Below, piece by piece: positions 1-14,400 of a stretch of DNA of 64,000 nucleotides. The notes beneath the pieces are model-generated. The model saw only the letters and a list, made by a program, of their open reading frames with translations, did no database searches and was not told where the DNA came from. Origin of the DNA: Dipteris shenzhenensis (Eukaryota); NCBI GenBank assembly GCA_047967505.1, contig CM106538.1; one strand, written 5' to 3'. Both the position numbers and the translations under genes were made by a program. Position 1 is the first letter of the stretch, and every line of letters starts with the position of its first letter.

Positions 1-324
1 TAAGAAATAGAACTCAAAAACCTTAATTGAAAAGAATTGTAAGTAAAGAAATAGAATTACAAGACGAATAAAAAAGAATGCAAGTACCTGGAAAAAGTGA
101 AAAAAGTAAGGCTCGGCTTATCCTCTCTCTTCCGCTCTTGGTTGCTTCAATGAAATGAGGAGAGAGTTAAAACTAGTCCACTCCTACGCATAAATTTGAA
201 TTTTCAAAAAAGAGAGGGAAATTTGAATTCAAATTTGTGTTTAACATTCTTCTTATACTTTCTTCTCATACGTTCCTTTTGAATTCAAATTTATGTTCAA
301 CATTCTTCTTGATACTTTCTTCAA

Positions 325-437
325 CATTCTTCTCGATTGTCCTTTTCATGTAAGTCCTTTTCATTCTTCTCGTAAGTCCTTTTCATTCTTCTCGATTGTC
401 CTTTTCATGTAAGTCCTTTTCATTCTTCTCGTAAGTC
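325..437. repeat. Short tandem duplication (~59-bp unit, 2 copies)
   Basis: cattcttctcgattgtccttttcatgtaagtccttttcattcttctcgtaagtc occurs twice in tandem. Confidence 0.8.
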
Positions 438-479
438 AAATCTTATTTTTCGTTCTTGCTCGTGATAGTAAGTCAAATC

Positions 480-2830
480 CTCATCTCCCATCTCTCTCCT
501 CTCCTCTCCCTCTCTCTCTCTCCTCTCTCTCCTCTCCTTCCCTCCATCCATCCCTCGACCCAATCCTCTCCTCCAACCTCCTTCCCTCCCCTCCCTCCGC
601 CGCCAAAACTCCTCCCTCGACCCCTCCCTTCCCCTCGCCCCCCCTCCTTCCCCAAAATTCCCCTCCCCCCTCCCTCCTCCCCTCCCGCTACCATTCCCCC
701 TCTCCCGTCGCCTAACCTCTTCCTCCCCTACCCCTTTTTCCCCCTACCCCCTTTTAACCTTCCCCCCTTTTTCCCACCCCCCTTGGCGACCCCCCCAACC
801 CTTCCACCCTCTTCCCCACTCTCCCTTTGGTCCCCTCTCAACCCTCCCTCCCTCCTTGGCGACACCCCCCTCCTCTTCACCCTCCCCCCCCTCTTCACCC
901 AGCCCCCCCCTTCGCAACCCACCCATGCCCCCTCCCTCCTCTCACCCAGCCCCGCCCCTCCTCCCCCCCCCCTTCTCAACCCACCCATCCCCCCCCCCCT
1001 TAACCCTCCCTGGCTGGCGGCCGCGGCCGCCAGCCCCCCCCCTCCTCTCACCCATCCCCCCCCCCCCTCTTCACCCTCCCCCCCCCTTCGCAACCCACCC
1101 ATCCCCCCCTTCACCCTCCCTGGCTGGCGGCCGCGGCCGCCAGCCCCCCCCCCTCCTCTCACCCAGCCCCCCCCCTCTTCACCGTCCCCCCCCCCTTTCG
1201 CAACCCACCCTCCCCCCTCCCCTTCACCCTCCCTGGCTGGCGGCCGCGGCCGCCAGCCCCCCCCCCCTCTCCTCTCACCCAGCCCCCCCCCTCTTCACCC
1301 TCCCGCCCCCCTTCGCAACCCCCTCTCCTCTCTCCCTGGGCTGGCGGCCGCGGCCGCCAGCCCCCCCCCTCCTCTCACCCAGCCCCCCCTCTGCATCCTC
1401 CCGCCCCCCTTCGCAACCCACCCTCCCCCCTCCCCTTCACCCTCCTTGGCTGGCGGCCGCGGCCGCCAGCCCCCCCTCCCCCTCTCCTCTCACCCAGCCC
1501 CCCCCCCTTCGCAACCCCCTCTCCTCTCTCCCTGGGCTGGCGGCCGCGGCCGCCAGCCCCCGCCCCCTCCTCTCACCCAGCCCCCCCTCTTCATCCTCCC
1601 CCCCCCTTCGCAACCCACCCTCCCCCCTCCCCCCTCCCTTTCACCCTCCTTGGCTGGCGGCCGCGCCCCCCCCCTCTCCTCTCACCCAGCCCCCCCCTCT
1701 TCACCCTCCCCCCCCCCCCCCTTCGCAACCCATCCCCCTCCCTGGGCTGGCGGCCGCGGCCGCCAGCCCCCCCTCTTCACCCTCCCCCCCTCCCCCTCTC
1801 AGCCGCTCCCCCCCTCCCCCCCCTCCTCTTCACCCTCCCCCCCCCCTTCGCAACCCCCTCTCCTCTCTCCCTGGGCTGGCGGCCGCGGCCGCCAGCCCCC
1901 CCCCCCCTCTCCTCTTCACCCTCCCCCCCCCCCCTCTCAGCCGCTCCCCCCCTCCCCCCCCTCAGCCGCTCCCGGGCTGGCGGCCGCGGCCGCCAGCCCC
2001 CCCTCTTCACCCTCCCTCCCCTCCCCCTCTCAGCCGCGCCCTCCTCCCTCCCCCTCTCACCCCCCCTTCGCAACCCCCTCTCCTCTCTCCCTCCCCCCCC
2101 CCCCTCTCCTCTTCACCCTCCCCCCCCCCCCTTTCGCAACCCCCTCTCCTCTCTCCCTGGGCTGGCGGCCGCGGCCGCCAGCCCCCCCCCCCTCCTCTTC
2201 ACCCTCCCCCCCCCCCTTCGCAACCCACCCTCCCCCCTCCCCTTCACCCTCCCTGGCTGGCGACCGCGGCCGCCAGCCCCCCCCCCTCTCCTCTCACCCA
2301 GCTCCCCCCCTTCACCCTCCGCCCCCCCCCCCTTCGCAACCCCTCCCCCTCCCTGGGCTGGCGGCCGCGGCCGCCAGCCCCCCCTCTTCACCCTCCCTCC
2401 CTCCCCCTCTCAACCGCTCCCCCCCCTCAGCCGCTCCCCCACCGTCCCGGGCTGGCAGCCGCGGCCGCCAGCCCCCCCTCTTCACCCTCCGTCCCCTCCC
2501 CCTCTCAGCCGCGCCCCCCTCCCTCCCCCTCTCACCCCCCCTTCGCAACCCCCTCTCCTCTCTCCCTGGGCTGGCGGCCTCGGCCGCCAGCCCCCCCTCT
2601 TCACCCTCCCCCCCCTCCCCCCCCCCTCAGCCGCTCGCCAGCCCCCCTCCCACCCGCTTCCCTCCCACCCGCCGCGCCAGCCTCCCCTCCCACCCCCTTC
2701 CCTCCCACCCACCTCCCTCTTCGCCCCTTCTTCCCCTCCCTTCCTCCTCCCTCCCCTCGCATCCTCTTCCTCCCCTTCCTTCCTCCTCCCTCCCCCCCTT
2801 CCCCTCCCCTGAACCTCTCTCTCTCTAGTT
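480..2830. repeat. C-rich low-complexity complex repeat with ~14 copies of the palindrome GGCTGGCGGCCGCGGCCGCCAGCC
   Basis: Modules cttcgcaaccc, ctcttcaccctc and ctcacccagcc plus the 24-bp self-complementary motif alternate with poly-C runs; the Pro- and Gly-rich ORFs here are compositional artefacts. Confidence 0.9.
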
Positions 2831-2876
2831 TCTCTCTCTTCAAATTTTAAAAAAGAAACTAGAAAAAAAAGTTTAC

Positions 2877-3102
2877 AAGTACCTGGAAACAATTTGTAAG
2901 TTTGCTCTTTCTTGATTTCTTGCTCTTCCTTCCTTGCTCTCTTGATCGTCCTTGCTCTCTTGCTTGAATGAAATGAGGGGAGAATGAATGAATGAAGGAA
3001 GACTATATATAAGAAAAATTAGGTTTTCCTCCTCCTCTCCTATTGGCTTTCCATTTCTCCCCTCTCTCCTATTGGCTTTTCATTTATCTCCTCTCCCATT
3101 GG
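2877..3102 (-). promoter_or_regulatory. Possible Pol II promoter/5'UTR on minus strand (CCAAT x3, TATA, CT-rich leader, splice-donor-like CAG|GTAC)
   Basis: attgg at ~3042, ~3071 and ~3098 (CCAAT on minus), tatatataag at ~3004, caagtacctgg at ~2877; a similar leader/donor module recurs at ~80-165. Confidence 0.3.
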
Positions 3103-4539
3103 CTCCCATTACTCCCCCTCTCCTATTGAACCCCCATCCCTCATCCATTAGCCCTCCTCCCATCCATCCATTTCTTCTTCCTCCCCATTGCCACCACTCC
3201 CATCCCACATTTCCACCACGTCCCATACTCCTCCCATTTTCCAAAATCCCATATTTCCCCATCTCACCCTCCTCTTTTTTATCCCCTATTAACTTCCTCA
3301 CTCATTTCACTCCCTTATTAGCCTACTCCCCTATTACCTTCCCCTCTCCCATTCCATTCTTCCCTCCCCACTCTCACTTCCACTTCCCATTACTCACTTG
3401 CCATTTAAAAACTATTAATATATTATTATACTATTTTTTATACTTATTATCATACACCCTTATTACTTCCCTATCCTATTCCACTCCTCCCTCCTCATTC
3501 CCACTTCCACTTCCCATTACTCACTTGCTATACACATTTGCAAACTATTAATATATTATTACATGATTTTTTATACTATTTGTAAACTTACATATGGGCA
3601 AAATCACAGGTGTGTTACCCAAAAATGGGGCACATGATGGGTGGCCTCCATGTCTACTGTGAAGTCGTGGTACCAAGGAATAAAGTAGACCATGTGTGGG
3701 CCAAGGAGAGGAGGGCTTTTCTCAATGAGGACACAAGTGGTATTAGGTGAGCTGAGGGTGAGCTGAGTTAGAGAAGGGAGACCCCTCTCCCATAGATGGT
3801 GACCTCTTGAATGGTGCTAGGCCATGGATGTGCTACTACCTAAAGCTCCATGTAAATTAGATTCTTGCAACACCACCTTGCCAATGAGCTTGGTTGGCTA
3901 ACTTGCAGATTATCTCTCTAGAACTTCTTCCATCAAAGCCTCACTTTTCTCTTCACTAACTAGTAACTAATCCTTACCCATACATCTTTGCTCAGAGTAT
4001 CATCTACTCCTATTAGGTCGTTGCTTGCTCGACATTTGCATAGATTTTAGCCTTTTCATATCCACATGCTCAACTCGCTTATGCCATGTGTCTGTATGAT
4101 ACATGTTCCATGTGTAAACATAACAACATTCACCTTAGGCATAGTGACATCCATAGTAAACGTTTTGCCATTTTTGTTGCCTTTTGCAACTGGTACTGAT
4201 CTTTCACATCCTCAACAAAGCATGAATAAGGATTAAATCTGAATTGAAAACCCAACTCCACAATTTGGACCAATTGAAACCAAGCTCTTTGTGATGTTAG
4301 GAACACATGAAGCACATCTGCAAGGTACTTTGTTTTGGCCCTGTGTTGCCATCTCAAAGCGATCCTATTGTGGTCATACAACAACTGTGCTTTTATTCAA
4401 GGGCATATTTATCCTCATCAACAAGCTTATTTACTCAAGGTATGAAGTGCATAATTTGTGCACTAGGTGTTTACTTTGTGCCAAAATTGTTTGCCACACA
4501 CACACATATACATATACCGAGAATTTTCTAATATTATCG

Positions 4540-7500
4540 CATCTACATTTCTCCAATGGGCACAAAACTTTGTACACTCCTCAACCTAGGTCTTATTGAC
4601 TTGCATACAAAGTGGTGCACCCATCTCATAAGTACTTGTTCGGATAACACACCTCCTATGTATTTTATGACGATTGTGCATAACACTAGCAACAAAATGG
4701 TGTATCATGTGAGACAGACTATGCAAAGCATATCCAATGGACACAAGACTTTACACATTCCTCAACCTAGGCAGTATTGACTTGTGTGCAAAGTGGCATC
4801 CCCATCGGATAAGTACTTGTTTGAAAAATACACCTACGATCGTGTTTTTTGACGATTGTGCATGACACTAAGGCAACAATGGTGTTTTATGCTTGATCGA
4901 CAATGCAAAGCATATCCGATGGGCACAATACTTTGCACACACCTTCAACTAGGTAGAATCGACTTACATGCAAAGTGGCATGCCCATCCCATAAGTGCTT
5001 GATCCTATAACATACCTAGAAACGTGTTTTTTGACGGATGTGCATGACACTAGAGTAAAAATAGTATTTAATGCTCGATCGACCATGCAAAGGATATCCG
5101 ATGGGCACAAAACTTTTCGTACGCCTCAACCTAGGTGGTATTGAAATGTTCTCAATGAGGCACACCCATCCGATAAGTACTTGGTCAGATAACACCTAAT
5201 GGCGTGTTTTTTTGCGAATGTGCATGTCATTAGGGAAAAAATGATGTATAATGCGTGATCGACCATGTAAATCATATCCGATGGTGACAATACTTTGCAC
5301 GCACCTCAACGTAGTGAAAACGGACTTGCGTGCAAAGTGGAGGCCCCATCTGATAAGTATTGATTTGAATAACACACCTATGGTCGTGTTTTTATATGGT
5401 TGTGCATGACACTAAGGCAAAAACAGTGTGTTATGCTTGATCGACAATGCAAAGCATATCCGATGGGCACGATACTTTGCACACACCTTCAACTAGGTGG
5501 AATTGACTTACATGAAAAGTGGCACGCCCATCGCATAAGTGCTTGATCAGATAACACACCTAGCAGCGTGTTTTTTTACGGATGTGCATGGCACTAAGGC
5601 AAAAATGAAATTTAATGCTCGATCGACCATGCAAAGCATATCCGATGGGCACGATACTTTGCACACACCTTCAAATAAGTGGAATTGACTTACATGCAAA
5701 GTGGCATTCCCATCGCATAAGTTCTTGATCGGATAACACACCTAGCAGCGTGTTTTTTTACAGATGTGCATGGCACTAAGGCAAAAATTGTATTTAATGC
5801 TCGATCGACCATGCAAAGCATATCCGATGGGCATAATACTTTACCTATACCTCAACTTAGGTTGTATTAAAATGTTGTCAAAGAGGCACACCCATCCGAT
5901 AAGTACTTGATCAGATAACATACCTAAGGGCGTGTTTTTTTGCGAATGTGCATACCACTAGGGAAAAAACGGTGTATAATGCGTGATGGACCATGTAAAT
6001 CATATCCGATGGTGACAATACTTTGCACGCACCTCAACGTAGTTAAAACGGACTTGCGTGCAAAGTGGAGGCCCCATCTGATAAGTATTTATTTGAATAA
6101 CACAACTATGGCCGTGTTTTTATATGGTTGTACATGACACTAAGGCAAAAACAGTGTGTTATGCTTGATCGACAATGCAAAGCATATCCGATGGGCACAA
6201 TACTTTGCACACACCTTCAACTAGGTGGAATTAACTTACATGCAAAGTGGCACGCCCATCGCATAAGTGCTTGATCAGATAACACACCTAGCAGCGTGTT
6301 TTTTTATGGATGTGCATGGCTCTAAGGCAAAAATGGTATTTAATGCTCGATCAACCATGCAAAGCATATCCGATGGGCACAATACTTTGCACACACCTTT
6401 AACTAGGTGGAATTGAATTACATGCAAAGTGGCACGCCCATCCCATAAGTGCTTGATTGGATAACATACCTATCAGCGTGTTTTTTTACGGATGTGCATG
6501 AAACTAGAGCAAAAATAGTATTAAATGGTCGATCGACCATGCAAAGCATATCCGATGGGCACAATACTTTGCACACACCTTCAACTAGGTGGAATTGACT
6601 TACATGAAAAGTGGCACGCTCATCGCATAAGTGCTTGATCAGATAACACACGTAGAAGTGTGTTTTTTTACGGATGTGCATGGCACTAAGGCAAAAATGG
6701 TATTTAATGCTCGATCAACCATGCAAAGCATATCCGATTGGCACGATACTTTGCACACACCTTCAACTAGGTGGAATTGACTTACATGCAAAGTGGCATT
6801 CCCATCGCATAAGTGCTTGATTGGATAACACACCTAGCAGCGTGTTTTTTTACAGATGTGCATGGCACTAAGGCAAAAATGGTATTTAATGCTCGATCGA
6901 CCATGCAAAGCATATCCAATGGGTATAATACTTTTCCTATACCTCAACTTAGGTCGTATTAAAATGTTGTCAAAGAGGCACACCCATCCGATAAGTACTT
7001 GGTCAGATAACATACCTAAGGGCGTGTTTTTTTGCGGATGTGCATACCACTAGGGAAAAAACGGTGTATAATGCGTGATCAACCATGCAAATCATATCCG
7101 ATGGTGACAATACTTTGCACACACCTCAACCTAGTGGAAACGGACTTGCGTGCAAACTGGAGCCCCCATCCGATAAGTACTAGTTTGAATAATACACCTA
7201 GGACTGTGTTTTTTCATGGTTGTGCATGACACCAAGGCAAAAACGGTATTTTATGCTTGATCGACAATGCAAAGCATATCCGATGGGCACAATACTTTGC
7301 ACACACCTTCAACTAGGTAGAATCAACTTACATGCAAAGTGGCACGCCCATCCCATAAGTGCTTGATTGGATAACATACCTAGCAGCGTGTTTTTTGACG
7401 GAAGTGCATGACACTAGAGTAAAAATAGTATTTAATACTCGATTGACCATGCAAAGGATATCTGATGGGCACAATACTTTGCACACACTTTCAAATAGGT

Positions 7501-10500
7501 GGAATTGACTTACATGCAAAGTGGCATTCCCATCGCATAAGTGCTTGATCGATAACATACCTACGAGCGTGTTTTTTTACGGATGTGCATGGCACTAAGG
7601 CAAAAATGGTATTTACTACTCGATCGACCATGCAAAGCATATCCGATGGGCATAATACTTTTCTCATACCTCAACCTAGATGGTATTAAAATGTTGTCAA
7701 AGAGGCACACCCATCCGATAAGTACTTGGTCAGATAACATACCTAAGGGCGTGTTTTTTTGCGGATGTGCATACCACTAGGAAAAAAACGGTGTATAATG
7801 CGTGATCAACCATGCAAATCATATCCGATGGTGACAATACTTTGCACACACCTCAACCTAGTGGAAACAGACTTGCGTGCAAATTGGAGCCCTTATCCGA
7901 TAAGTACTAGTTTGAATAATACACCTAGGACCGTGGTTTTTCATGGTTGTGCATGACACCAAGGCAAAAACGGTGTTTTATGCTTGATCGACAATGCAAA
8001 GCATATCCGATGGGCACAATACTTTGCACACACCTTCAACTAGGTGGAATCGACTTACATGCAAAGTGGCACGCCCATCCCATAAGTTCTTGATCGGATA
8101 ACATACCTAGAAGCGTGTTTTGTGACGGATGTGCATGACACTAGAGCAAAAATAGTATTTAATGCTCGATCGACCATGCAAAGCATATCCGATGGGCACA
8201 AAACTTTTCGTACGCCTCAACCTAGGTGGTATTGAAATGTTCGCAATGAGGTACACCCATCCGATAAGTAATTGGTCAGATAACACACCTAGCAGCGTGT
8301 TTTTTTACGGATGTGCATGGCACTAAGGCAAAAATGGTATTTAATGCTCGATCCACCATGCAAAGCATATCCGATGGGCACGATACTTTGCACACACCTT
8401 CAACTAGGTGGAATAGACTTATATGCAAAGCAGCACGCGCATCCCATAAGTGCTTGATTGGATTACATACCTAGCAACGTGTTTTTTGACGGATGTGCAT
8501 GACACTAGAGCAAAAATAGTATTTAATGCTCGATCGACCATGCAAAGCATATCCGATGGGCACAAAACTTTTCTTACGCCTTAACCTAGGTGGTATTGAA
8601 ATGTTCTCAGTGAGGCACACCCATTCGATAAGTACTTGGTCAGATAACACACCTAATGGCGTGTTTTTTTTCGGATGTGCATATCATTAGGAAAAAAATG
8701 GTGTATAATGCATGATCGACCATGCAAATCATATCCGATGGTGACAATACTTTGCACGCACCTCAATGTAGTTGAAACGGACTTGCGTGCAAAGTGGAGC
8801 CCCCATCTGATAAGTACTTATTTGAATAACACACCTATGGCCGTGTTTTTATATGGTTGTGCATGACACTAAGGCAAAAACGGTGTGTTATGCTTGATCG
8901 ACAATGCAAAGCATACCCGATGAACACAATACTTTGCACACACCTTCAACTAGGTGTAATTGACTTACATGCAAAGTGGCACGCCCATCGCATAAGTGCT
9001 TTTGATCAGATAACACACCTAGTAGCGTGTTTTTTTACGGATGTGCATGGCACTAAGGCAAAAATGGTATTTAATGCTCGATCGACCATGCAAAGCATAT
9101 CCGATGGGCATGATACTTTGCACACACCTTCAAACTTGTGGAATAGACTTACATGCAAAGTGGCACGCCCATCCCATAAGTGCTTGATCGGATAACATAC
9201 CTAGCAGCGTGTTTTTTGACGGATGTGCATGACACTAGAGTAAAAAAAGTATTTAATGCTCGATCGACCATGCAAATGATATCCGATGGGCACAAAACTT
9301 TTTGTATGCCTCAACCTAGGTGGTATTGAAATGTTCTCAATGAGGCACACCCATCCGATAAGTACTTGGTCAAATAACACACCTAATGGCGTGTTTTTTT
9401 ACGGATGTGCATATCATTAGGAAAAAAATGGTGTATAATGCGTGATCGACCATGCAAATCATATCCGATGGTGACAATATGTTGCATGCACCTCAATGTA
9501 GTTGAAACAAACTTGCGTGCAAAGTGGATCCCCCATCTGATAAGTGCTTATTTGAATATCACACCTATGGCCGTATTTTTATATGGTTGTGCATGACACT
9601 AAGGCAGAAATAGTGTGTTATGCTTGATCGACAATACAAAGCATATCCGATGAACACAATACTTTGCACACACCTTCAACTAGGTGTAATTGACTTACAT
9701 GCAAAGTGGCACGCCCATCGCATAAGTGCTTGATCAATAACACACCTAGCAGCGTGTTTTTTTACGGATGTGCATGGCACTAAGGCAAAAATGGTATTTA
9801 ATGCTCGATCAACCATGCAAAGCATATCGGATGGGCACGATACTCTGCACACATCTTCAACTAGGTGTAATTGACTCACATGCAAAGTGGCATTCCCATC
9901 GCATAAGTTCTTGATCGGATAACACACCTAGCAGCGTGTTTTTTTACGGATGTGCATGGCACTAAGGCAAAAATGGTATTTAATGCTCGATCGACCATGC
10001 AAAGCATATCCGATGGGCATAATACTTTTCTTATACCTCAACCTAGGTGGTATTAAAATGTTGTCAAAGAGGTACACCCATCCGATAAGTACTTGGTCAG
10101 ATAACATACCTAAGGGCGTGTTTTTTTGCGGATGTGCATACCACTAGGGAAAAAACGGTGTATAATGCGTGATCGACCATGCAAATCATATCCGATGGTG
10201 ACAATACTTTGCACACACCTCAACCTAGTTGAAACAGACTTGCGTGCAAACTGGAGCCCCCATCCGATAAGTACTAGTCTGAATAACACATCTAGGACTG
10301 CGTTTTTTGACAAATGTGCATGACACTAAGACAAAAACGGTGTTTTATGCTTGATCGACAATGCAAAGCATATCCGATGGGCACAATACTTTGCACACAC
10401 CTTCAACTAGGTAGAATCAACTTACATGCAAAGTGGCATGCCCATCCCATAAGTGCTTGATCATATAACATACCTAGCAGCGTGTTTTTTGACGGATGTG

Positions 10501-11330
10501 CATGACACTAGAGTAAAAATAGTATTTGATGCTCGATTGACCATGCAAAGGATATCGAATGGGCACAAAACTTTTTTTATGCCTCAACCTAGGTGGTATT
10601 GAAATGTTCTCAATGAGGCACACCCATCCGATAAGTACTTGGTCAGATAACACACCTAATGGCGTGTTTTTGTGCGAATGTGCATATCATTAGGGAAAAA
10701 ATGGTGTATAATGCGTGATCGACCATGCAAATCATATCCGATGGTGACAATACTTTGCACGCACCTCAAGTTACGTAGTTAAAATGGACTTGCGTGCAAA
10801 GTGGAGCCCCCATCTTATAAGTACTTATTTGAATAACACACCTATGGCCGTGTTTTTATATGGTTGTGCATGACAGTAAGGCAGAAATAGTGTGTTATGC
10901 TTGATCGACAATGCAAAGCATATTGGATGGGCACAATACTTTGCACACACCTTCAACTAGGTGGAATTGACTTACATGCAAAGTGGCATTCCCATCGCAT
11001 AAGTACTTGATCGGATAACACACCTAGCAGCGTGTTTTTTTTATGGATGTGCATGACAGGAGCAAAAATAGTATTTAATGCTCGATGGACCATGCAAAGC
11101 ATATCCGATGGGCACAACACTTTTTGTACACCTCAACTAGGTGGAATTGACTTACATGCAAAGTGGCACCCGCATCCCATTAGTGCTTGATTGGATAACG
11201 TACCTAGTAGGCTCATGTTTTTTTACGGATGTGCATGACACTAGAGCAAAAATAGTATTTAATGCTTGATTGACCATGCAAAGGATAACTTGGCATGTCC
11301 ATCTGATGAGTACTTGATCGGATAACTTCT
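4540..11330. repeat. ~182-bp tandem satellite, ~37 monomers, with ~728-bp (4-mer) higher-order repeats
   Basis: Anchor gcaaagcatatccgatgg recurs every ~182 bp; near-identical spurious ORFs recur at 6856/7583 and 8675/9405 (727-730 bp apart). Confidence 0.95.
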
Positions 11331-11427
11331 CCCACTAATAAATTAAGTACTAATTAAAAATTATAATAAATAAGTACATTATTAAAAAGAGACTAATATT
11401 TATGTAATTGTTGCCACTGCAGCTTGC

Positions 11428-14400
11428 TTGCGAAGGACTCTCACAAAGGAGATGGCTATAGATTTTGTTCCAGGGATGGATGTGATTTTATGTAGCAAAA
11501 GAGAAGTAGTTGCATTTGCTACAATCCATGATAGTGATCCCAATTCACTTTGCCACTTTCGAAGACTTGGCGAAGATAAGGTAGCAGTTACTGTATCAAA
11601 GATTCTTAGCGCACATGTTGAGCTAAAGTATAAATGTGGAGATATGGAAACACTTGGAGATGTTATGCCCTACAATACATCCAACAAATCATTTATAGCA
11701 TGGGACAAAGATGAGACTTATGCAACAGACATTATCAAGAATACAAAGTGCACCACCTTGGATTTTACTATAGGGGACATTTTACAAATGAGATCATTTG
11801 CAAATAAGATTGTAGCAGAAGGTGAAGTATTGGGATTTGAACAAGTGGAGCAATGGTCATTTGCGCAGATGAGGATTCTAAAAGTCACTGATTATGGTAT
11901 GGTTGATAACATAACATCCTTATGTGATCCCTACTATGAGGTAGGCAAGAATATGAGATGGAGCATGCAATTTTTAAACATGAGAAAGAGGCACGTGGTT
12001 TTCAATGATAAAGACAACCCATACTACAATATCAAAGGACCTAAAAAGCGTGCCCATGTGCCAGGCTCTATCACTTCAAATGTGGATGATTTCAATATAC
12101 TCAATTATAGAAGTGACATCTTATCTGGAGTGGATGAGTTCATTGGTTCCAAGAAACAAAATGATTTTAGAAGCGAAGCCTTATCTGGGGTGGATGAATT
12201 CTTGCACAGTGAGAAGGGCAAAGGTTTCAATAGCGATGTCTTGTCAAGTGTGGATGAGTTCATGCATATTAACAAACCTGGTGTCAATCAAGGTTGTGGA
12301 TTTGTGAAAGCCATGCAAGATGTCCCAATGAGTGATGTTCTCTCAGGAGTGGAAGAGTTTCAAGGTTCTCAATACTCTCGTAGAATATTGAATTCATTGA
12401 ATGGTCCTAAGAGTATGTTAAAAATGAGGATGAGATCAACAGAGGATTATTCAGTATTTAACTTTGATTGTGATATGAACAAGGATGCAACGACCAATCA
12501 TGGATGCTTGGTTACAAACAAATGTGAGGAGAAGAAGTGCATAAATACAGATAACAATGTGCACGAGGAACGAAAACGGTCACACATATGCATGAAGAGA
12601 AAGAGAATCCAGGCAGATCCACAAAAGCAACCAAAGAGGAAGAGAGTAATGAAGGAGGAGAACATGTTAAATGCATTGGGATATCTATGTTGCAAGCGAA
12701 GATGTATGCGCTTCATTGATCTTACAGACATCAGGGAATGTAGAGGACACGTGTGGCAAAGAAGGGGAAGCGAAAGAAATGAATACCTTCTCACAAGTCT
12801 CTCTTGCTTTCTTCAGAATGGCAATAAAAGGCTAAGTTCAAGACAAAAGGTAAAACCTCTCGTAAATGGAAAAAGGATTTGCAATAAGGCATATCGCAAT
12901 ATTACTGGATTATCCCATGGTACATATTGGGATTTAGTCACCAAGGCAAAGTGCGGCAACAAATTTAGCATTCACGGTAATAGAGGAAGGTCCAAATCAA
13001 GAATCTCAACTGTCAGGGCAGCAGCAATTTTACAAGACTTCATACATGAAAATGCTTTGCCTCAACCCCATATATCTACCAAACTCCCTAACGGTGACGC
13101 GATCACTGAAATGCACCTTCCAATGGGCTTGACAAAGCTCGAAGTATTTGACTCTATTGCAGAAAAGCAAAGGCAAAGAGGGGATGCTGTAGCTTCTTCT
13201 CATACTTTGTATACTCTTTGGAAGAAGAACTTTGGATATGTTAAAATCCCAAGGAGGCAAAAAATGTCAAAGTGCAATGTCTGTGATGATTTAAAGCGAG
13301 CGATTGAGAGTGCAACATGTCCAAATCAAAGGGAATTATACAAAAAAAACCGAAAATCTCATCATGACCTTATTCGACATTCCAGACAAAAATATGCATT
13401 TTGGAAGGAGCAAGCTATTTCGCATCCTGATGACTACATGTGCCTTATTGTAGATGGCATGGATCAGAATACAACAACATTGCCTCGTTTTGTTGCCACT
13501 CCACCTAAATTACAAGGAAAGCACTTTCTAAAGACACATCTATGTGGAGTGTTAGTGCATGGAATTAAGTTCTTTGCAGATATATGGATTGATTCCTTGC
13601 ATCTACATGATAGCAATCAAGTTGTAACATCTATTATGAAGGCAATTCGCAATGTACATGCAGAAAAAGGTCGCCTGCCACCGACTTTGAGAATACAAGC
13701 TGATAATTGCTGGCGAGAAAATAAGAATGTACTTATGTTTGCCTTCTGCTCCATGCTAGTTGCTCATCGAATCTTCAATGAGGTCGAATGTGGATTTTTG
13801 TATGTTGGGCATACACATGAGGATATCGATCAGGTTTTTAGCACAGTCTCAAGGGAGCTTAAATGCAAGGATGTGGAGACAATAGATGACTTGGTAAGAA
13901 GATGTGGCAGGCAAGTTGGTGGTCGTAAGGAAAGTACAGTATGTGAGAGGCTCGAAAGAATGTATGATTGGAAGAGCTTCATTCTACCTTTCATACAAAC
14001 GGGTGGTGATGCATTGACAGGTCATACCAATCCACACTACTTTCGTTTTTTTTTAAAAGATGAAAAACCCGTAATGCAATGGCAACAGTATTCTCATGAT
14101 ACAAAATGGGAACCTGAAGAACCTTACAGTCTCTTAACTTCAATTCCCAGCAAGGAAAGGTATCCAACATGGGCTCCTATACAAGAATTTAATGAGAGGT
14201 CTAATTGTGAAATAGATGGATTAAAAGCATTTATTACATACAAAGAGGAAATGCTCCAGAGATATCCTGATTCGAAGCCTACTTGGAGAGAACACACTAC
14301 CACTGTAATTAACAAGACACGAAATTTAATAAAGGACCTTGAGAGAATGCGAGGCTCAAAGGATGTCAAGGAAGAATGCAATATGTTTTGGCCAAATGTT

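Noticed and set aside
456-2892. Long Pro-rich and Gly-rich ORFs (extensin/formin-like look)
   Set aside because: Open in several frames on both strands because the C-rich tract lacks stop codons; no codon structure or domain
3613-4125. Possible solo LTR (TGTTA...TAACA)
   Set aside because: Flanks aggtg and acatt do not form a TSD and there is no second copy in the window
4540-11330. CRISPR-like array or repeated small genes
   Set aside because: Whole monomers repeat with no unique spacers, no cas genes, eukaryotic context; the ORFs are satellite translations
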